A stretch of DNA of 64,000 nt. Origin: an uncultured Verrucomicrobiae bacterium. GTDB taxonomy: Bacteria; Chlamydiota; Chlamydiia; Chlamydiales; Rhabdochlamydiaceae. Each line of letters starts with the position of its first letter. Position 1 is the first letter of the stretch. Under the pieces are notes generated by a model. It did no database searches. It was given only the letters and a program-made list of their open reading frames with translations, and was not told the origin of the DNA. Positions 35,689-45,128 of the stretch are shown here, in pieces. Both the position numbers and the translations under genes were made by a program. Where the stretch lies: contig CAWEXY010000011.1 in the NCBI GenBank assembly GCA_963813135.1, positions 128,001-192,000 on the forward strand. The letters are read 5' to 3'.

Positions 35689-35900
35689 TCATTTCTTCGT
35701 CCGATATGCCTGCTGCGGATGCGTAGGATCCTCGAAAATATATTCTAGTTCTTGAGCGATAAAAGTATTGTAGCCGCGGTTCGATTCGAAAAGCGGCATC
35801 GAGAAATTCGCTTTGACCATTTCTTCGCGCATCGTGCTAATGCCCGTCCCCTTCGCCTCAGCATATTGAATATCATTAAACACCTGCGCGAGAATCTGAA
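35689..35900 (-). pseudogene. Remnant of an ATP-binding/RecG-C (HATPase_c_4)-type regulator gene
   Basis: AEAKGTGISTMREEM..PLFESNR joined directly to a terminal DPTHPQQAYRT segment; no N-terminal part present. Confidence 0.55.
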
Positions 35901-35924
35901 TGAATCAAAGTCTAAAAGCTCTTA

Positions 35925-36839
35925 TCAGACGAAAAGTTTTGTCATTGACCCAGTCACCATCGATGTAAAAGCTTCCCATGGACTCGGGGCGGCCTTTGTC
36001 GGGATATTTTCTGCCGTCAGGTGCTGAAGGTGTTTCACAACATACGCCAGCAAGGTTGGTTTCTGTTCAAAATCCCAATGCCAAGGAAAACCATAAGGAA
36101 TTCTATTTGAGAAATTAAAAGTAGGATCTTCGATACACCCCTCAGGGTCTTTTTTATATATATTTTCTAATATCTCTTGAGCTCTAGTTAGGAGACGGAT
36201 TTCTTGGGATATATCCGGTGCATGTTTTGCAGCAACTACAAGATAGTTGGCTTGCTGTATGGTTGCTGCAGTATTCAAAGCAGGCCAAGCCTTCACTTGC
36301 CGTTGATAAATCCTAGCAATGGTCAGAGCCTCCTGATAAATCCTTCTATTTACGTAGTCATCGCGGCTAATGGAATCAGGGGAGCAAAACCAGTCCAGCC
36401 TCTTTAATACACCGATCTTATGAAGGGCCAACGCTAGCCGTTCTTCATCGGAAGTCTTTTTTATTTTATCTAAACTTTTTAGCTCGCGCGCCCAGCTTAC
36501 TTTTCTCGGAGTGAGTTGAGCTGGGTAATCAAATTGGCGAGAGGCTAAATCAAAACATCGTGCAGCAGCCTCAATATGGCTTTTGATAAATGGAGTTTTT
36601 TTAAAGGGGCGTAATTTATGAAGATAGGTCAGGCCCGCGTTCGTTAATGCTTCATGAGATACTTTTTCGCGATAAAAGAAGACCTCGTTAAAAGACAATC
36701 CTAGTTGGCAGTCGGTATCGGCATCCGGCTCTATAGGAACTGGAAGAAGAATGTCGGGGTGCATGAATCCGCAGTTGATGACGGGTTCAGCATAGGAAGT
36801 ATGATTTATCGGAGAGGGCGCGGAATGAACTCGTTCCAC
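35925..36839 (-). CDS. Hypothetical protein (AT-rich, unrecognised)
   Basis: 304-aa ORF with AAGGA RBS-like site; no motif recognised. Confidence 0.65.
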   Translation of the reverse strand: MERVHSAPSPINHTSYAEPVINCGFMHPDILLPVPIEPDADTDCQLGLSFNEVFFYREKVSHEALTNAGLTYLHKLRPFKKTPFIKSHIEAAARCFDLASRQFDYPAQLTPRKVSWARELKSLDKIKKTSDEERLALALHKIGVLKRLDWFCSPDSISRDDYVNRRIYQEALTIARIYQRQVKAWPALNTAATIQQANYLVVAAKHAPDISQEIRLLTRAQEILENIYKKDPEGCIEDPTFNFSNRIPYGFPWHWDFEQKPTLLAYVVKHLQHLTAENIPTKAAPSPWEAFTSMVTGSMTKLFV

Positions 36840-36963
36840 AATGATCCTTTTGTTGCATTGACACGTAAACGTTAACCCAGATTCAACTCTTTTTGCAATC
36901 GGTAAAAATGCTTAGATCGTTTTCTGCTCGACAAATCCTGCACGTTTTCCTACATTGCGAATT

Positions 36964-37431
36964 ATGCGCTTCCTCCGATGGCTCAAACATGAATTCTTCC
37001 ACGTCCTGCCGGCCTTTATTTTTTTCTACGTCTCCTTCAACCTCATTAATTTCACCGAAGGACTCATGATAAAAAAAGCAGGAATCCAACCCTTTGGATT
37101 CATCACCATATTTCTCGCTGCAGGAGTCGTCGCAAAAGTTCTCATCGCCATCGACTTCTTGCCCGTGCTCAATGCTTTTCCCCGCAAGCCGCTCATCTAT
37201 AACGTGATTTGGAAAACGATCCTCTATAGTTTGGCAAGCCTGCTTGCACGTCTTCTCAACCGTCTCTGGAATGACCATTTCGGCACGCCGCTTCAATCGG
37301 CCGAGTTTTGGGCCATTCAGATTTGGTATGTGATCCTATTTTTTGTTTTTGTCGCTGCCCGCGAGCTGACGTATAAAGTCGGACCGTCTAAAGTCCGTCA
37401 GATGTTCTTTGGGAAACCAAAGAAGGAATGA
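36964..37431 (+). CDS. Multi-pass membrane protein
   Basis: Four hydrophobic segments; KPLIYNVIWKT. Confidence 0.75.
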   Translation: MRFLRWLKHEFFHVLPAFIFFYVSFNLINFTEGLMIKKAGIQPFGFITIFLAAGVVAKVLIAIDFLPVLNAFPRKPLIYNVIWKTILYSLASLLARLLNRLWNDHFGTPLQSAEFWAIQIWYVILFFVFVAARELTYKVGPSKVRQMFFGKPKKE

Positions 37432-38376
37432 TCTCTTGCAGATCGCCGCACAAAAAATAATCTTCATCGCCTAAATATGCAGGCTGCTTGAGATCGACGG
37501 CGATGATTTTCCCTTGGGGATGATGATGTTTATACCATCCTAAGAAGCCTTTATCATCGGCGCTAAGGCCAATGCAGATGATCGCATCGATGGAAGAAGC
37601 TGTCGTTGGGTCGATCTCGTAGCGCAGGCGATCGCCCTTGATACGATAAGGCTTGATCCCTGTCCGCTCATGCAAATAATCGAGATTCTCTGTCACGATC
37701 TGCGTTTGCGACAACTGAGTTAATGCGGTATGAGCAGGCGTAGGCGGACTTAAAATACAGGCCTTATGAAAGTGTTTGATATACGCTGCAGCTTTCTCTG
37801 GATCCTGAACTATTTTCTTCAAGGAATCGATAAAGCGCTCTCCCTCTTCTAGATCCAAGCCTTTCATCAATTCTGCCATCATCGGAACTTGAGAGCCTGC
37901 TGAAATCCCGGCTCCTGTATAAAAAATGATAGCGGAATTCTTACATAGCTGCGCCAGCTGCTCTACTGTGATCGGCGCAGGGCGCGCGTTTCTAAAAGTT
38001 CTCGGTTCAAACGCTGTATAGGAAGAACTTTGTGCCGGCATCTCAGGAATCTCGAGGGGCTTTCCATAAGAAAAGACAAATGCCTTTTTTGAGGCTCCAT
38101 TGATTTCTCTGTCTTCTTTATGAAAAAGAATTTTTCCGTCTCTGTAAAGCTGTCAGGAAGTTGTACGAGAGCTATTTCAAAAAAAATACCGTTCCAATAT
38201 GTCTCAAACCGAAAATAGCCTTGATCCTTGAGAGAGCACCGCATATCTAAACTTTTGCTTTCAGCGCCAGTTTGGAGCTCCGCCTCGGTAATTCTTTCGG
38301 GTAAAGAGAGAAGTTCAACAGCAGCAGACAAAAAAGTCTGCTGCAACAAGCAAAAAATGGCTATCCAATAGCGCAT
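37388..38376 (-). CDS. Sir2-family NAD-dependent deacylase with N-terminal signal peptide, one frameshift
   Basis: YTGAGISAGS, PTPAH, TENLDYLHE and IICIGLS motifs in ORF 37388..38041, whose frame extends up to about 38118; N-terminal part in ORF 37963..38376. Confidence 0.7.
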
Positions 38377-39048
38377 TTAGAATCTATAAGCGATGGTGCT
38401 TCTGAAGCCAAAATAGTCTTCAGCCGCTTTCGAGCCGTGCATATAAATGTTAAAAGGCTCGATGCGGATATCCCAATGCCGTTTGGGGCCGAAACGGAAA
38501 GTGAGGGGTACGCTGACATCAACTCCCACAATGGTCGATCCCCAGGTTGGCCCGCGTTTTTTTCCTGAAGAACCGCCCACCATGCCTTTTACATTCAATC
38601 CTAAATTGACAACAGAGTTGAACTCATGGTCATACAGAACGCCTGCCATTCCATAAACAATGGCGGGCCGCGCTTTGCGTTTGTGCCAACTCACCGTGAA
38701 ATATCCCCAATCCTCAACAACGGTTCTATGATCATGCCGTTCATAATCCTTAAATACGCCTACGCCAAGCACCGGTGTCAAATGATCTCGGCCATTGAAG
38801 AAGAAATTATAGCCCATACGGAATTCGGTCTCTAATATGACGCTGTGCTTATGGTTATAGGCTGCTGTGAGCCAAGCTTCGATTCCAGCGTAGAGAGCAT
38901 TGGGCTTGATGCGCTCATAGGCTTGATGCAATGGATCAAAAATAACAATTCGATTGTGGTGCTCGACGAAGGGGGTCGGTGTTTTCACCGGCTCTTTGGC
39001 GTATCCTATTCCTGCCAATAACAGCAGCGGAAGCAGTAACTTTTTCAT
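38377..39048 (-). CDS. Probable outer membrane beta-barrel protein
   Basis: Signal peptide, alternating beta-strand patterns, C-terminal aromatic TIAYRF. Confidence 0.65.
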   Translation of the reverse strand: MKKLLLPLLLLAGIGYAKEPVKTPTPFVEHHNRIVIFDPLHQAYERIKPNALYAGIEAWLTAAYNHKHSVILETEFRMGYNFFFNGRDHLTPVLGVGVFKDYERHDHRTVVEDWGYFTVSWHKRKARPAIVYGMAGVLYDHEFNSVVNLGLNVKGMVGGSSGKKRGPTWGSTIVGVDVSVPLTFRFGPKRHWDIRIEPFNIYMHGSKAAEDYFGFRSTIAYRF

Positions 39049-39118
39049 GGAACAACTCCTGTTTCAGTTCAGATGAAAAACAAGTTTAGAACTGTCTAAG
39101 AGATTGTAGCAATGAAAA

Positions 39119-40783
39119 TTATTCGCCTTCGAGAAGATCGAGGAAGGCTTGAAGTTGCTTAGAACGCGTCGGATGGCGCATTTTGCGCAGCGCCTTCGCT
39201 TCAATCTGACGCACGCGCTCGCGCGTCACTTTAAAGCGCAGGCCCACTTCTTCGAGCGTCTTTGGTTTTCCATCGAGGAGTCCAAATCGTTCGATAAGCA
39301 CAGTGCGTTCGCGATCGGTGAGCGTCGCGAGCACTTCGCCCATTTTGTCTTTGAGGATGGCATAACCGGTCGCTTCCGCAGGAGATTCGGTCGACGTATC
39401 TTCGAGGAAGTCGCCAAATTGGCTCTCGCCCCCATCGCCGACTTCGGCTTGCAGGGAGATGGGATGCTGAGCGATTTTGTAGATCTCGCGGACGCGCTCA
39501 GGCGTTAGTCCGAGCTCAACGGCGAGCTCTTCAGGCGTCGGCTCGCGGCCTGTTTCCATCATCAATTTTTTGGCTCCGCGGAGCACTTTGTTGATCGTCT
39601 CGATCATGTGCACTGGAATACGGATCGTGCGCGCTTGGTCGGCGATCGCACGCGTCACCGCCTGACGGATCCACCATGTCGCATACGTGGAGAACTTATA
39701 ACCGCGCCGATACTCAAATTTCTCGACGGCCTTCATCAGGCCCATATTCCCTTCTTGGATCAGATCGAGGAAAGAGAGGCCGCGGTTCGTGTATTTCTTT
39801 GCAATCGAGATAACAAGGCGCAGGTTAGACTCGACCATTTCCCGCTTCGCTTCTTGGCTCTTATCGAGCCAGCGCTGGAGCATACGGACATCTTTTTTAA
39901 ACTCATCGAGCGTACGGCCCGCCGCCATTTCGCGCTTAGAGAGCTTGCGCTGAACGGCAACGAGTTTTGCTGCAGCAAATTTATTTTTCTCAGCGCGGGG
40001 GATCAGCTCTTGCATCTCTTTTTCGAGAGATAAGAATCGATCGTAGGCGGTGAGAATGACTTCGCCAAAGTCTTCGATGATGTTGTGGCGCAGATGCATC
40101 TGCCTTAAATAGGCTTGGTTGCGGATGCGGCATTTTTCAATATTTTCGAGAGTTTTAGCTTTATCGGCTTTTTTGCCTTGCGTATCGCGCAGCTCTTGCT
40201 GCAGCTTTTCTAAGACGTCGTCTTCGGCTTTAAGAAGAGAGCAGAGTTTGGGGAGCAGCGTGAGGAAAAGTTGTTTGTCGGCAACTTCCTTTTCGGAAAT
40301 CACCTTGTCAAATCGCTCTTTGCCCGTGATGAGGTAGGTCGCAATCGAGATCGCTTCTCTTGTGGAGTAGCGGAAACGCATGATAATTTTTTCAACTTGG
40401 ATCTGGGCCTTTTCAATCCGTTTAGAGATCTCGACTTCTTCTTCGCGCGTCAGGAGAGGGACCGAGCCCATCTCTTTGAGGTACATGCGCACAGGATCAT
40501 CGGCGGAGGCTTCGGCGCGCTTGGGAAGCGCTTCGAGTTCTTTCGCTTCTTTTTTACGCTCTTTCTGACGGTCGACTTCGGCTTGGTTCAGGACCTGAAT
40601 GTCCATTCCGCTCAAGAAAATCAAAACCTGATCGATCTGCTCGGGCGTGTCGAAAGACATCGGCAGAATTTCATTGATTTCCTCGTACGTGATGTAGCCT
40701 TGCTCTTTCGCAAGGCTGACGAGTTCTTCAACCTTCTGCTGCTGCTGCTGATTAAAAATGTTGGAAAAATTTCCTTTACTCAT
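39119..40783 (-). CDS. rpoD: Primary sigma factor (sigma66)
   Basis: [50 protein letters not shown]. Confidence 0.98.
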   Translation of the reverse strand: MSKGNFSNIFNQQQQQKVEELVSLAKEQGYITYEEINEILPMSFDTPEQIDQVLIFLSGMDIQVLNQAEVDRQKERKKEAKELEALPKRAEASADDPVRMYLKEMGSVPLLTREEEVEISKRIEKAQIQVEKIIMRFRYSTREAISIATYLITGKERFDKVISEKEVADKQLFLTLLPKLCSLLKAEDDVLEKLQQELRDTQGKKADKAKTLENIEKCRIRNQAYLRQMHLRHNIIEDFGEVILTAYDRFLSLEKEMQELIPRAEKNKFAAAKLVAVQRKLSKREMAAGRTLDEFKKDVRMLQRWLDKSQEAKREMVESNLRLVISIAKKYTNRGLSFLDLIQEGNMGLMKAVEKFEYRRGYKFSTYATWWIRQAVTRAIADQARTIRIPVHMIETINKVLRGAKKLMMETGREPTPEELAVELGLTPERVREIYKIAQHPISLQAEVGDGGESQFGDFLEDTSTESPAEATGYAILKDKMGEVLATLTDRERTVLIERFGLLDGKPKTLEEVGLRFKVTRERVRQIEAKALRKMRHPTRSKQLQAFLDLLEGE

Positions 40784-40824
40784 GAGACTATTTGAATATC
40801 CGTCCTTAGCCCGTTTAAGTCAAG

Positions 40825-41616
40825 ATGCAGCTGTACGCTTTGTTTCAAAATCAACCTATCCTTGCAAGCCATGCACACCAGGGCCGCGATTACCTATGCC
40901 CGGAATGCCGTTCGATCGTCCGCCCCCGAGGGGGCTTCCGTCGCCAGCGCCACTTCTATCACCTCAAAACGGCGACATCATGCCGGCAGCATCACAAAAG
41001 TGTACCACATCTGAAGATCCAACTCCACCTCAAATCTCTCATCCCCTCCATCTCCCTCGAAAAACCCTTCCCCACGATCGCCCGGATCGCCGATGCCGCC
41101 TGGGAGGATGCCAAGATAATATTTGAAGTTCAATGCTCCCCCATTTCTCCTGAAGAGGCCCGAAAAAGAACCGAGGACTATCGGTCGCTCGGCTGGCGCG
41201 TCGTCTGGCTCCTCTATGACCGCCGCTATAATAAAAGAAGTCTTTCACCCGCTGAACACTACTTGCGGTCTGCGGGCGCCTATTTTTTTTCGGGCCTCCA
41301 GATCTACGATCAGTTCGACGTTGTCCACCGCTTCCGCCGCCTCCATCGAGGGCCCCGTCTTCCCATCATCCTCCGCGAACCCCTCCCGCTTCCCAACATC
41401 TCCCATCCTCCGCAGGCGATCAAAACCCGCCTGTGGGAACTGGCCTTCCGCGGAGATCTTTTTGACCGCCTCTCCCAAGGGGCGGGCACCCGCGCTTTCC
41501 GCCGGGAGGAGCGGCTGGCCCGCCGCCAACGTTGGCTCCGAACCTTAAGCAGAAATTATTTAAAAATCCTTCACGCTCTCTTGGCCTTATATTCGAGCGA
41601 CCGGATGAGAAAATAA
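40825..41616 (+). CDS. coiA: CoiA-family protein (Zn ribbon plus PD-(D/E)XK nuclease-like)
   Basis: YLCPEC..HFYH, RIADA..IIFEVQCSPIS, RTEDYRSLGWRVVWL. Confidence 0.8.
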   Translation: MQLYALFQNQPILASHAHQGRDYLCPECRSIVRPRGGFRRQRHFYHLKTATSCRQHHKSVPHLKIQLHLKSLIPSISLEKPFPTIARIADAAWEDAKIIFEVQCSPISPEEARKRTEDYRSLGWRVVWLLYDRRYNKRSLSPAEHYLRSAGAYFFSGLQIYDQFDVVHRFRRLHRGPRLPIILREPLPLPNISHPPQAIKTRLWELAFRGDLFDRLSQGAGTRAFRREERLARRQRWLRTLSRNYLKILHALLALYSSDRMRK

Positions 41617-41990
41617 AAATATCCTGTTACTCCTAGAGCTACGACCGAGTAAAGAATTTTCTTGTAGGGGAATGTTTTTTCTATAGCAACTATTTGAGGG
41701 TCCTTAGAATTGATCCAAAACGTCTGCATTTTGCCCTCGAGAGCCCGCGCCGCGCGCTCTGCTGAAGGCCCGTTGAGGTGGTAGGGCTCGCCCAAAAGAC
41801 AAGTTCGATTTTGAAAGTAAGCTTTTAATTCAAATTTTGACGGTCCCCGCCGGACAACCTCAACCCGCTCGACGACGGCGTCAACAGGAGCGCTGAGACG
41901 CCAATAAAGCCGCAGATCTTGAAAGGCTCCCCAGGCCAGCCATAGAAGGACCGCGCCTGGGAGCAGGGGAAGATACTTGCTGATAAACAT
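41571..41990 (-). CDS. Two-TM hypothetical protein
   Basis: N- and C-terminal hydrophobic helices around a small soluble domain. Confidence 0.6.
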   Translation of the reverse strand: MFISKYLPLLPGAVLLWLAWGAFQDLRLYWRLSAPVDAVVERVEVVRRGPSKFELKAYFQNRTCLLGEPYHLNGPSAERAARALEGKMQTFWINSKDPQIVAIEKTFPYKKILYSVVALGVTGYFYFLIRSLEYKAKRA

Positions 41991-42033
41991 CTCTATGCGA
42001 TATTATAGGAACTCAACTTAAAAACGGATACTT

Positions 42034-42336
42034 ATGGCAGACGAAGCAAAAGCACCAGCAGCGAAAGAAAAAAAGAAAAACGGCAAAGTTCCTTCTGCAA
42101 AGAAGCGCGACTTGCAAAGCAAGAAACGTCAAGAGTGGAATTCTGCTTTTGCCGCTAGCGTACGCACAGCTGTCCGCCAATTTGAGATGTCCCTAGCTAA
42201 AGGCGACAAGGCCGAATCGATGAAGCGCCTGGATAACGTCTATAGTCTCATGGACAAAGGCGTGAAGACCAACCGCTTCAAGCTCAACAAAGCCGCGCGC
42301 ACCAAATCGCGCCTAGCCAGCCGCCTTCCCGCTTAA
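42034..42336 (+). CDS. rpsT: 30S ribosomal protein S20
   Basis: SAKKR..N..VRTAVR..MDKGV..NKAARTKSRL. Confidence 0.95.
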   Translation: MADEAKAPAAKEKKKNGKVPSAKKRDLQSKKRQEWNSAFAASVRTAVRQFEMSLAKGDKAESMKRLDNVYSLMDKGVKTNRFKLNKAARTKSRLASRLPA

Positions 42337-43805
42337 CTTTTTCGAGTAAAAAGAGCCAGTTTTTTGCAGATCGCATCTTCGATCTGGCTCTTGTATTCTT
42401 CCGTAGACCCCACAAAACCATTCATCAAAATCACGACAGAGAGCGTTTCGTTATCGCGCGTCACAACGTAGCCCGTCAGACCCGTGATGCCCATCATCCC
42501 GCCTGTCTTCGCGCGGACACGCGATGCGATGGAGTTCATTCTATTTTTGAGCGTCCCATCGACCCCTGAAATAGGAAGAGAAGAGATCACCTCGTCCGAG
42601 AACTTAAAGTCACGGTAAAGCCAAGCGAGTAGATGAGAAAAGTTGTGGGGAGAAAGCAGGTCGTAACGCGACAGGCCCGAGCCATCGAGGATGATCAGGT
42701 CGCTGGGATCGAGGGCGGTCTCGCGGCGCAAAAATTCCCGCATCGCCATGGATCCTTTTTGCCAAGAGCCAGGAGGTCCGAGATAGGTAGCGGCCATGCG
42801 CTTGAAGAAGGAATCGGCATACATATTATCGGAGTTCTTCATCATAGGGTACAGAAGCTGGCTGAGCGGCTCAGAATAGTGGGTAACGAGCAGCTGGGCT
42901 GTTTGCGGCGTGCGCAGAAGAATAACCTTGCCTCTCACAAGGATATTCTTTTCTTGGAGGAGGCATTTCAAGACTTCGCCGGCGTAGAGAGCAGGAGAAG
43001 GGACGGGAATGCGGATTTGCTGGAGGGGAAATTGTAGGGGCAGCTCTCCCGACAGGACTAGCGTGAGCTTTTGATTATCGACGCGCCGATCGACTTTGAA
43101 GGTATTTTTGGTCCCGGTGCTGGCTTGCGAATCGACATGAACGTTCGAAAGAGGCGGGTCAAGAACAAAAGAAGGAGGAAGGTCCGCCCTTTTCCCAGGA
43201 GTTACATAGATCGAGATAGTGCTGTGATCAACCGTAAGTCCATCGCTCGGGGAGTTCCAATACGCGGGCGGTTCATCCCACATCCATCCCGGCCCCTGCC
43301 AGAAAGGGTCGAAGACCGTATTATCGACAAAAATGTCTTGCACATCGAAAGCGCCTTGGAGGATGAGATCGCGGATCATCTGCCGAAGATCGTCTTGAGA
43401 AAGCGAGGGGTCGCCCGAGCCTTGGAGATAGAGATTTCCTTCCGTGTCGCGGTAGAGTTTTGTCTCGAAGCGGTAATCGACGCCGAGGATGCCCGCAGCA
43501 GCAGCAGCGGTGAAAAGCTTGAGGGTGCTGGCGGGGATGAAAAGCTGGTCGTTATTTTTTTTATAGAGGACTTCGCGGTTTTTCATGGACACGACTTCGA
43601 TCCCTACGTGCACGTTAGGATCGACGGCGGTGATAATTTCGTCGATCGCGCTCCGCAAATCGGTGAGCGGCGTCGCCTGGAGCGTGCCTAATGTAAAAAA
43701 AACAAAAGCGAAGATTTTTAACGCAAAGGCGCAAAGAACCTCAGCGCCTTTGCGCCTTTGCGTTAAAAATCTCTCTTGTTTCTCAGCGATCTCGGTGATC
43801 AACAT
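42333..43805 (-). CDS. dacB: D-Ala-D-Ala carboxypeptidase/endopeptidase PBP4; start uncertain
   Basis: PASTLK, GSGDP, SDN, DGSGLSR and KTG motifs. Confidence 0.9.
   Translation of the reverse strand: MLITEIAEKQERFLTQRRKGAEVLCAFALKIFAFVFFTLGTLQATPLTDLRSAIDEIITAVDPNVHVGIEVVSMKNREVLYKKNNDQLFIPASTLKLFTAAAAAGILGVDYRFETKLYRDTEGNLYLQGSGDPSLSQDDLRQMIRDLILQGAFDVQDIFVDNTVFDPFWQGPGWMWDEPPAYWNSPSDGLTVDHSTISIYVTPGKRADLPPSFVLDPPLSNVHVDSQASTGTKNTFKVDRRVDNQKLTLVLSGELPLQFPLQQIRIPVPSPALYAGEVLKCLLQEKNILVRGKVILLRTPQTAQLLVTHYSEPLSQLLYPMMKNSDNMYADSFFKRMAATYLGPPGSWQKGSMAMREFLRRETALDPSDLIILDGSGLSRYDLLSPHNFSHLLAWLYRDFKFSDEVISSLPISGVDGTLKNRMNSIASRVRAKTGGMMGITGLTGYVVTRDNETLSVVILMNGFVGSTEEYKSQIEDAICKKLALFTRKS
43712..43772. 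repeat. Perfect 25-bp inverted repeat (REP-like) in the 5' end of dacB
   Basis: AGATTTTTAACGCAAAGGCGCAAAG - 11 nt - CTTTGCGCCTTTGCGTTAAAAATCT. Confidence 0.9.
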
Positions 43806-43808
43806 TTC

Positions 43809-45128
43809 TCAATCTCTTTTTTGTAATCTGGCACGAAGTCCCGATATTTTTCTAGAGTGGGATAAGATTGTTTGCCGAATCACTTGAGGATCTCCGCTAA
43901 TCGTGACGCTGTTGCGGGCCCTTGTGATCGCGGTATAAAGGACCTCGCGGCCAAATACCTCCGAACCAGGAGGCGCGAGAACAGAGACATGATCGAACTC
44001 GCTTCCTTGGCTTTTGTGCACGGATAGCGCGTAGGCATATTCGTAGGGAGGGAGGGCCTCCGCGTCAAAACGGCGCCCATCAGGAAATCGAGCGTAAAGC
44101 GGCTTGACTTTGCTTCGAACGAGCAGGCCGGTCTCGCCATTATAAAGGCCTTTATCGTAATCGGTGCGGGTGATCAAAATGGGCATCGCCGCCTCTTCAC
44201 CGCTTTTAAGACGGCCTATGACGCGCGCAGCGATCTGGTGGTTGAGGGTGCTGACGCCTTCCGATCCTTTTTTGAGGCAGGAAAGGATCGTGGCATTTTC
44301 GCGTGTTGGGTCGAAGGGCGTCAAGGCAGCGAGGATAGGCTCGGGATCGCCGCGGCGGACAGCATCCGCCAGGCTTAAAATTTGGACTTGGTCGCTCCGG
44401 AACGAGCGGGTAAGACGCGCTGTGGGAACATTGTCGACAAGATCCGCGAAAATACTTCCTGCGCCCACGGAAGGAAGCTGATCGGCATCGCCGAGGAAGA
44501 CGACGCGCGTCCCTGTTTGGATGGAGGCTAGTAAAAAAGCGAAAAGGGAAAGGTCGATCATCGAAGACTCGTCGACGATAAGGAGATCGGCTTTGAGGTA
44601 GGAGCCTTCTTGCGAAAGGTCGCGCGCCGAGCGGATGCCGAGCACGAAGTGGAGCGTTCCGCAGAGGGCGTCGGGGCGGACGGATTGCAGGCGGGCGGCG
44701 GCTTTACCGGTGGGCGCTGCCAGAATGACACGGCCGGGGATCGCTTTAGCCAGCATGCGCGCGACGTGGGTTTTTCCGGTGCCAGGCCCGCCGGTGATGA
44801 GCGAGACAGGATGGGAGAGAGCGAGGGCGACGGCATTTTGTTGTTCAACAGACAAGTCGGAAGCAGCGGAAGAGAGCGTTGGGAGGGGAGATTGGAGGCG
44901 GGCGAGATGGTCGAGAATGCGCGTCTCGAGCACCCAATGGCGCTGTGGATAAAGATAGGAACCCCATCGATGTAAAAGGGGATGGGAAACAGATGCGTCG
45001 GCCTCGATACAGACATGGCCCTCTTGGAGAGCGGACAGCAGATCGGCAGCTGCTTTGGGCTCAATCTCAGCGAGGCTCGATAGTATAGACGGCAGGTCCT
45101 CGGACGAAGACATACAGCGCACCTCCAA
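43809..45128 (-). CDS. recD: Exonuclease V alpha subunit
   Basis: TGGPGTGKT, APTGKAAARL, VDESSM, GDADQLPSV, SVHKSQGSEF, YTAITRA. Confidence 0.92.
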   Translation of the reverse strand: MEVRCMSSSEDLPSILSSLAEIEPKAAADLLSALQEGHVCIEADASVSHPLLHRWGSYLYPQRHWVLETRILDHLARLQSPLPTLSSAASDLSVEQQNAVALALSHPVSLITGGPGTGKTHVARMLAKAIPGRVILAAPTGKAAARLQSVRPDALCGTLHFVLGIRSARDLSQEGSYLKADLLIVDESSMIDLSLFAFLLASIQTGTRVVFLGDADQLPSVGAGSIFADLVDNVPTARLTRSFRSDQVQILSLADAVRRGDPEPILAALTPFDPTRENATILSCLKKGSEGVSTLNHQIAARVIGRLKSGEEAAMPILITRTDYDKGLYNGETGLLVRSKVKPLYARFPDGRRFDAEALPPYEYAYALSVHKSQGSEFDHVSVLAPPGSEVFGREVLYTAITRARNSVTISGDPQVIRQTILSHSRKISGLRARLQKRD

